Origin: Abditibacterium sp.
GTDB taxonomy: Bacteria; Armatimonadota; Abditibacteriia; Abditibacteriales; Abditibacteriaceae
Assembly (NCBI GenBank): GCA_965199495.1
Contig: CBDASK010000003.1
Location: 4,640,001-4,704,000, forward strand
DNA length: 64,000 bases
Reading direction: 5' to 3'
Each line of letters begins with the position of its first letter. Within the stretch, counting starts at the first letter, position 1. Made by a program: the position numbers and the translations under genes. The notes under the pieces were generated by a model. That model worked only from the letters and a program-made list of their open reading frames with translations. It did not search any database and was not told where the DNA came from. Of the stretch, positions 58,232-64,000 are shown in pieces.

Positions 58232-59188
58232 ATGCGCATTTCTTCCATCGTTGTTCTGGCCCTCGTGGGCGCCCTGAGTTCTCCACTACGCGTGCGGGCT
58301 GCGGACGAAATCGTGGTCGCCAATCGCTATTTGCTGGCCAACCAGACCAGCCACGCCCATCTGTATCTTTATCGCGAGGACGGAAAACTGTTGCGCCAGC
58401 TCTCGCGCGACAACGCGGGCCAAGACCGCGACCCAATTTTCGCGCCTGATGGAGAACACATCGTCTGGACGCGCGAGTTGAGCGGCGGAAAATCGCAGAT
58501 TTGGAGCATCAGCCCATTGGGAGCCAACGCCAAACGCTTGAACGCGGCGCCGATCTGGTATAAAAAAACCGAAAGTTCGCCTTACTTCGCCTCAACCGGT
58601 CGTTTCGGGCCGGAATTGGGCGACAAAGCGCACACCTTTCGCACGCCCGATGGCGCGACCGATGTCGTTTTGCGCCAACTTCCCACCGACGAAGATTTCG
58701 ATGGCGAAGGCACCGGCAAACACTACTTTTTGCGCGACGTGAAAAGCGGAAAGACCACCGATTTCGAGAAGTTGCCCGGTTTCTTTGGCGCTTACGACAT
58801 GATGACGCGCAGCGACCAGCCCGACCAGACTTTTTTGTGGCAGGGGCCACTGCACGTCGCGTTTTTCAGTCTGCACCTCGATAGCACCGATGGCACGACG
58901 GTCTTCGCGCTTGACTTTACCGGGCCGCGTTTGGTGCGGCTGGCGCCGAACTGGGCGGCGCCCTTTCCATTGCCCGGCGAAAACGCGTTTTTATCGGTAA
59001 ATTTCGCGCGCTACGTGCCGATTCCCAAATCGCAAAAAACCGCCAACTGCCGTTATATCGAACGCTTCGACGAAAAGCTCCACAAAGTGCGCTACGCCAG
59101 CACCGATTGCACGATTTGCTACGGCGCCTCGCTTTACCGTCCGCTCCAGACGCCGCGTGTGGTCAACATTCGCGATTTGTATGATTGA
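58232..59188 (+). CDS. Exported hypothetical protein with a PD40-like repeat
   Basis: AGGAG RBS; signal peptide; DRDPIFAPDGEHIVW. Confidence 0.75.
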   Translation: MRISSIVVLALVGALSSPLRVRAADEIVVANRYLLANQTSHAHLYLYREDGKLLRQLSRDNAGQDRDPIFAPDGEHIVWTRELSGGKSQIWSISPLGANAKRLNAAPIWYKKTESSPYFASTGRFGPELGDKAHTFRTPDGATDVVLRQLPTDEDFDGEGTGKHYFLRDVKSGKTTDFEKLPGFFGAYDMMTRSDQPDQTFLWQGPLHVAFFSLHLDSTDGTTVFALDFTGPRLVRLAPNWAAPFPLPGENAFLSVNFARYVPIPKSQKTANCRYIERFDEKLHKVRYASTDCTICYGASLYRPLQTPRVVNIRDLYD

Positions 59189-59245
59189 GCGATACAGAAA
59201 CGGTCGCAAATCACGCGATCTTAGCCACCGCGAAAGGGGGCGCGC

Positions 59246-59692
59246 TTATCGAATGGTGCAGTAAGAAACTTTGCCGTCCAGTCCATTTTTCCGGTGATAA
59301 GTGACGTTTACATATTCGGTCTGGTAAGAACGCTCGAAACTCTTGACCGTGATCATACGAGAAGAATCAATCGCTTTTTTCACGTAAATGGTCGTCCAGT
59401 CGTCTCCAAAGGATGGCGGCGAATTATCGAAAACCGTGATGAGCGTGTTCGCACGAATGTTGATGAGCGTCATCATGCGAGCTTCGTCGTTGCGGAAGCC
59501 GCGTGTTTTCTTGAAGTTGATGTCTTGACTCGCATTGGAATGGGTGACGCCCACGGTTTCCGTGCGATTGTAAAAGCGGATTTCGGGAACGTCTTCGCTG
59601 GCGTGACTCGGCGTGGCTGTCAGGGAAAGAGCGACGGCGATAAAGCCTGTCGCACATCCCAGCAATCCGCCGATCAGGGAAACTTTTTTCAT
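59246..59692 (-). CDS. Small secreted protein, possible beta/gamma-crystallin-like domain
   Basis: GAGGA RBS; signal peptide; NDEAR, VFDN, DDWT.I.VK, SFE, NGLDGKVS. Confidence 0.75.
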   Translation of the reverse strand: MKKVSLIGGLLGCATGFIAVALSLTATPSHASEDVPEIRFYNRTETVGVTHSNASQDINFKKTRGFRNDEARMMTLINIRANTLITVFDNSPPSFGDDWTTIYVKKAIDSSRMITVKSFERSYQTEYVNVTYHRKNGLDGKVSYCTIR

Positions 59693-59964
59693 CGAGAACT
59701 CCTCGACCACAACGCTTTGTGCGGTCACGTTTCACAGGATAAGGAGCCATCGTCACAGCAGCGTCACCGGTGGAGGAAAGCGAAAAATTTAATTTTCGCG
59801 GTTTTGCCTGTTCCAAAGGGCGTGCTCCATTTCGCCATCTGTTTTGGCGCGCTGTTGTTGGGGTTTGGCGCGGAGTTAAACTAAAACGCTACATCCAACG
59901 CCAGCCACGCTCTCAGTTCTTGCGGTTCTGTGCGAATTCCGGCGCGTCCGTTTTCCCAACTTTC

Positions 59965-61359
59965 ATGAAGTATCTTTCCCAATTCGCGACTGGCGCGGCG
60001 TTCGCCGTGGCCCTGAGTGCGGCGTTTGGCGCCGGTTACGCCACACGCGATCATCACTATCCCGATAATTGGCGCTGGCCCGCGCACACCAGCCCGGTCG
60101 CGGCTCTCACGCGCACCGCCGATGCCAATTTGCTGGCGCAAAACCTCGTCGCCTCGAAGAGTTCGCGCGTCGCCGCGCCCGATTCGCGGCCCTATGAAAC
60201 TTTGGACGAAGTGCGCAAAGCCATCAAAGAAAATTTCGTCTATCCCAAAACAGTGGACGATACCGAACTGACTTACGGCGCGATTCGCGGGATGTTGCGC
60301 AGTTTGGGCGACCGCTTCACGCGCTTCATGACGCCCGAAGATTACAACGAATTTCTGGTTTCCAACAAAGGCGAGTTCACCGGCATTGGCGCGCGCATTG
60401 ACCTGCGCGCCGACTATGCCGGTTCGCCCCAGGCCAAACCTTACGGCGCTTCGCGGCCCTATATCGTCGAGCCGATTGATGGCGGCCCGGCCCAGAAAGC
60501 GGGCGTCAAACGCAACGACGTGATTCTCTCGATTGACGGACATTCGACCGCCGACATGAGCGAAGACGCGACAATCGCCTACATTCGCGGCACGCGCGGC
60601 ACGCCAGTGAAATTGACGCTTGAGCGCAAACTTAATTCGCCCAAAGACCCGAAAGAGACCAAATACGATATTTTCAATTTGAGTCTCAATCGCGATACCA
60701 TTGCGATGCACCCCGTGACTTTCGAGTGGTTGCCCGGCGACATCGCGTGGCTGAAGTTGGACGAGTTCAACGAGAAAACCGATGCCGAAGTCGGCGAGGC
60801 ATTGCGCAAAGTCAAGGCGGGCCACAACGGCCAATTCGCCAAAGGTCTGATTTTCGATATGCGCGGCAACCCCGGCGGTTTGCTCAACGCCGCCGTTGAT
60901 GTCGGTTCGCGGTTTATCAATAAAGGCCCAATTGTCATCACGCGCGAGCGCGACGGCAAAGAGAACGCTTTGGATCACGAATCGGACAAGTTCATGAATT
61001 TGGAAGTTCCGGTCGTGGTTTTGGTGGATAAATTTTCGGCGAGCGCCGCCGAAATCGTGACCGGCGCGCTCAAAGACGATCAGAAAGCGACGGTCGTTGG
61101 CGAGAAAACGTTCGGTAAAGCGAGCGTGCAAGTTTTGGTTGACATGAAAAACGGCGGCGCGTTGGTGATTACCACGGCCAAATATTTGACGCCCTCGAAA
61201 ATTGATATTTCCGACAAAGGCGTCGCGCCCGACGTGCAGGTTTTGGCCAGCGCCGAAGACGAAAAAACCGGTCGCGGCGCGCAATTACAAAAAGCCGTCG
61301 AAGTTTTGAACGGCACAACTTTGACGCCGCCCATCGCCGTGGCTGCCGCGACGGGCTAA
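59965..61359 (+). CDS. ctpA: S41 family C-terminal processing protease with PDZ domain
   Basis: GEFTGIG, PAQKAGV, FDMRGNPGGLL, SASAAEI, TFGKASVQ, TTAKYLTP. Confidence 0.93.
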   Translation: MKYLSQFATGAAFAVALSAAFGAGYATRDHHYPDNWRWPAHTSPVAALTRTADANLLAQNLVASKSSRVAAPDSRPYETLDEVRKAIKENFVYPKTVDDTELTYGAIRGMLRSLGDRFTRFMTPEDYNEFLVSNKGEFTGIGARIDLRADYAGSPQAKPYGASRPYIVEPIDGGPAQKAGVKRNDVILSIDGHSTADMSEDATIAYIRGTRGTPVKLTLERKLNSPKDPKETKYDIFNLSLNRDTIAMHPVTFEWLPGDIAWLKLDEFNEKTDAEVGEALRKVKAGHNGQFAKGLIFDMRGNPGGLLNAAVDVGSRFINKGPIVITRERDGKENALDHESDKFMNLEVPVVVLVDKFSASAAEIVTGALKDDQKATVVGEKTFGKASVQVLVDMKNGGALVITTAKYLTPSKIDISDKGVAPDVQVLASAEDEKTGRGAQLQKAVEVLNGTTLTPPIAVAAATG

Positions 61360-61372
61360 GTTGAATTTGATA

Positions 61373-61409
61373 AAAACGGCGCGCAACCTGCGAGATTGCG
61401 CGCCGTTTT
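61373..61409 (+). terminator. Intrinsic terminator
   Basis: AAAACGGCGCGCAA-loop-TTGCGCGCCGTTTT. Confidence 0.7.
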
Positions 61410-61422
61410 CGCGTTTCATTTC

Positions 61423-61839
61423 ATGTCCCCAAAATCTCTGCCCACGTTTTTATTTCTCGTGCGCCTGTGTGTCGGCGCGGTCTGGATGCACGAAGGTTTG
61501 TGGCAAAAAATCCTGCGGCCCGACGCGCACGAACTTGACATCGTGCGCCATTTTTCATTTTTGGGACTTAGCGGCGCCGATTTGATGATTTTCATCGGCG
61601 CGCTCGAAACGTTGTTGGCGCTGGGTTTCTGGAGCGGAGTGTTGCCCAAACTCTGCGCATGGACGGGCATTGTCGCCCTACTCGCCATGAACTTGGTCAG
61701 CATCTTCGGCGCGGGCGGCACTATCACCGATCCGGTCGGATTATTGATTCACAACACGCCGCTGTGGTGCTGCATGCTGGCGATTGGTTTGTGGGGCGCA
61801 GGCACGGGAACGTTGCCATCGCTATTCAAAAAATTATGA
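61423..61839 (+). CDS. DoxX-like membrane protein
   Basis: RLCVGAVWMHEGLWQKI, IGALETLLALG; 4 TM. Confidence 0.75.
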   Translation: MSPKSLPTFLFLVRLCVGAVWMHEGLWQKILRPDAHELDIVRHFSFLGLSGADLMIFIGALETLLALGFWSGVLPKLCAWTGIVALLAMNLVSIFGAGGTITDPVGLLIHNTPLWCCMLAIGLWGAGTGTLPSLFKKL

Positions 61840-62977
61840 CCGATAAAAATTCAACGCGCGATGACAAACTCGAAAGCTGGCGTAGCGGCAGTTTGCGCGG
61901 CGCCAGCGCCCAACCGCGCGTTTTGTTTGGTTCGGTCTTCGAGGACGCCGCCGTCGAACTGCGCGCATGGCAAATGCGGTTGCGCGAATTGGAAAACACA
62001 AATCGCGAGCCGCGCGCGTTTTGTATCGCTTCGGGCGGCGACACGTTATTTTCATTATTATTGCCCGGCGTTGGCCGCGTTGATGGAATTGATATTAATC
62101 CGGCACAAATCTGGTTGTGCGAATTAAAAATCGCTGCGCGTCGAAATTTATCGTCGCGCGCGTTCGCAGCAGCCACGGCGCGCGACGCGCGCCCGATTTA
62201 TCCGCAGTTGCGGACGAAATTGTCGGATGAGGCGCGCAATTTCTGGGACGACAATCGCGAATCGTTGCGCCAGGGTCTGAACGGATGCGGTTTCGTGGAC
62301 GGCGTGTTGCGTCGCGCGGCTTGCGCTGGCTCATCGGGCGCCGCGCGGTGCGCGCGTTGTTGCGCGCGCCAAATGTCGAAGAACAAGACGAGATTTGGCA
62401 ATCGTCAGCGAATCGTCGGCGGTTTAACGCGCTCTTTGCGACGGCGCTCCATCCGTTGGTTTTGCGCGCGTTTTACGGCGCGGCGCTGCGCGACGGTTTG
62501 CCGCTCGACTTGGGCGCGCGCGTGCAACATAATATCGAATGCACGTTGCTTGAATTGCCGATTGCCTCCAATCCCTACATCGTTTCGCTGTTGCGCGGGC
62601 GTTTGGCGCCCTTGCCAGAAAATTGGCCGATTGCCCTACGGCCCGACAATTTCGCGCCGATTCAAGCGCGGCTCGATAATTTGACGTTGACTTGCGCCGA
62701 CGCAACGAGTTGGTTGGATGCGCAAGACGAAAATTCGATTGATTTTTTCGGTTTGTCCAACGTCGTCGAAGCCATCGAACCCGCGACCGCCGCCGCCTTA
62801 CTGCGCGCCGTGGCTCGTGCTGGCGCGCTGGGTGCCCTCGTTTGCGTGCGCACGATTACCGGCGTGAGTGCCGCGCCTGTCGAAGGTTTAATATTGGATG
62901 CGCGCACCGACGAATTGAAAATCACGGATCGTTCGCCGTTTTGCCGCTTGAGCGAATTGCTGCGCGTGACGGAGTGA
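61836..62977 (+). pseudogene. DUF3419/BtaA-like SAM-dependent transferase, frameshifted near 62315
   Basis: N-half (FEDAAVE, CIASGGDT, GIDINPAQIWLCELK) in the frame of ORF 61659; C-half (SNPY, IDFFGLSNV, DRSPF) in the frame of ORF 62285. Confidence 0.75.
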
Positions 62978-63000
62978 AAATCAAATTTTGGAGAATGGGG

Positions 63001-63029
63001 CTGACAAAGCGCGCGAAATCTGGTAACAT
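63001..63029 (+). promoter_or_regulatory. Putative promoter of the tRNA-Ser/SRP operon
   Basis: CTGACA-17 bp-TAACAT with extended TG. Confidence 0.6.
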
Positions 63030-63063
63030 TGTTTGTGCCTTGCCAATTGTGAGGCACAAATAT

Positions 63064-63153
63064 GGACAGGTGGCCGAGTGGTTGAAGGCAACGGTCTCGA
63101 AAACCGTCATACGGGCAAACCTCGTATCGAGAGTTCGAATCTCTCCCTGTCTG
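63064..63153 (+). tRNA. tRNA-Ser(CGA)
   Basis: GGACAGG/CCTGTCT stem, ACGGT-CTCGAAA-ACCGT, long variable arm, G73. Confidence 0.95.
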
Positions 63154-63160
63154 TTTTAAG

Positions 63161-63244
63161 GTGACAAGTGACAAGTGGCAAGTAACAAGCGGTAAAAGAT
63201 GAATTTCTTTCACTTGTCACTTGCCACTTATCACTTGCCACTTG
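63161..63244. repeat. Inverted heptamer cluster (GTGACAA/GTGGCAA)n
   Basis: About four heptamers followed by their reverse complements (CACTTGT/CACTTGC) in the tRNA spacer. Confidence 0.85.
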
Positions 63245-63248
63245 AAAA

Positions 63249-63333
63249 GGACAGGTGTCCGAGCGGTTTAAGGAGCACGACTGGAACTCGTGTGGGTGTA
63301 ACAGCCTCGTGGGTTCGAATCCCACCCTGTCCG
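63249..63333 (+). tRNA. tRNA-Ser(GGA)
   Basis: GGACAGG/CCTGTCC stem, CACGA-CTGGAAC-TCGTG, long variable arm. Confidence 0.95.
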
Positions 63334-63339
63334 GTAACG

Positions 63340-63410
63340 GTGGCAAGTAGCAAGTTTCAGGTGGCAAGTGCGGTTAATTCACTTGAAACCTGTCACTTGG
63401 AACTTGTCAC
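63340..63410. repeat. Inverted heptamer cluster (GTGGCAA-like)
   Basis: GTGGCAAGTAGCAAGTTTCAGGTGGCAAGTG paired with CACTTGAAACCTGTCACTTGGAACTTGTCAC. Confidence 0.8.
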
Positions 63411-63417
63411 CATTTTT

Positions 63418-63688
63418 TGGTCGCGCTAAGCGGGGAGATAGCGGTGCCCTGTATCTGCAATCCGCTCAGCAGAGTCGAATTCTTTGGCCTCGGCCCACGT
63501 TTGTGGGGTCGCCCGATGCACGGAGCGTTGATAAGTGGGCCTCGTGCGACGTCGAACTGTGAATCCCGCCAGGGCCGGAAGGCAGCAACGGTAAGCAAAT
63601 TTTGGCGTGCGCCGCGAGAATCCTGCTTTGAGCCACCGACCTCGGTTCCACCCGGAAACGCGTTCGTCAAAGCCAGAGTGCGCGACCA
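63418..63688 (+). ncRNA. ffs: Signal recognition particle RNA, large bacterial type
   Basis: 5' GCTAAGCGGGGAGATAGCGGTGCCCTGTATCTGCAATCCGCT (Alu domain as in Bacillus scRNA); helix 8 CCAGGGCCGGAAGGCAGCAACGG; terminal stem TGGTCGCGC/GCGCGACCA. Confidence 0.95.
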
Positions 63689-63702
63689 TTTTCGTCTCAT
63701 TC

Positions 63703-63748
63703 AAAAAAAGCCGTTTTCCCGAATTGGGAAAACGGCTTTTTTGTTTTT
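63703..63748. terminator. Bidirectional intrinsic terminator
   Basis: AAAAAAAGCCGTTTTCCC-gaatt-GGGAAAACGGCTTTTTT. Confidence 0.85.
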
Positions 63749-63798
63749 GGCTTGACACTGGCGAATTTTGCGCTTTGATTTTCTAATTCGACAGAAAA

Positions 63799-63903
63799 GC
63801 GAATTTACCATCTGCGGGGCTAACGCCCTCTTCCAATCGGCATGAGTTCCTCGAAAGCACACCGATTGGAAGAGGGCGTTAGCCCCGCAGATGGTAAATT
63901 CGC
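63799..63903. repeat. Long inverted repeat, family B
   Basis: Perfect 42-bp arms 63799-63840 and 63862-63903. Confidence 0.88.
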
Positions 63904-63932
63904 GGACGCCAGCCAAAATAAAATTCCGACTT

Positions 63933-64000
63933 CTAAAAACTCAACGTCTTCACGCCAATACTCACGTTAAAACGCGGCGCCTGGTAACCGGCGACTTCCT
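63933..64000 (-). CDS. C-terminus of a probable TonB-dependent receptor (partial)
   Basis: Hand translation ...EVAGYQAPRFNVSIGVKTLSF-stop; GY.AP motif and terminal Phe are typical of TBDR last strands. Confidence 0.6.
   Translation of the reverse strand, partial: EVAGYQAPRFNVSIGVKTLSF

Noticed and set aside
59881..61284. Long antisense ORFs (also 2627-3688, 15010-16302, 33134-34342, 51681-52838)
   Set aside because: They lie opposite well-supported genes and are expected from GC-biased codon usage; no motifs.
62300..62330. Programmed ribosomal frameshift in the DUF3419 gene
   Set aside because: No slippery heptamer or obvious stimulatory element; a simple deletion is more likely.
63064..63333. 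Selenocysteine or suppressor tRNA
   Set aside because: Anticodons are CGA and GGA with normal 7-bp acceptor stems, so both are ordinary tRNA-Ser.

Overview
Gene-dense, GC-rich bacterial chromosome segment. Gene content suggests an Abditibacteriota/Armatimonadota-like diderm, but this is inference only. Housekeeping and metabolic genes: CDF transporter, two aldo/keto reductases, GH5 glucanase, MFS, murJ, glnA-glnII-glnB, two amtB, xylA, cysH, ricT/PSP1, rfbB, murQ, argS, phosphohexomutase and a CtpA-type protease. RNA genes: tRNA(CAT), two tRNA-Ser and a large (Alu-domain) SRP RNA. No transposase, integrase, prophage or CRISPR array is visible. Main points of interest: (1) a non-palindromic octamer CAGCCACG/CGTGGCTG occurs about once per 1.1 kb on both strands and in several reading frames, with three head-to-head pairs at an identical 7-bp spacing (candidate DNA-uptake sequence or chromosome-organising protein site); (2) a four-gene trans-envelope signalling locus (beta-helix protein, TolB-like lipoprotein, FecR-TPR-beta-barrel, CHASE2 cyclase) resembles Sinorhizobium NsrA-CyaK, and its cyclase has His in place of the catalytic Arg; (3) at least six unrelated families of long intergenic inverted repeats; (4) a solitary Sak4-like ATPase fused to a zinc finger; (5) two disrupted genes. 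All counts and alignments were done by eye, and family calls come from motif recognition rather than database searches.
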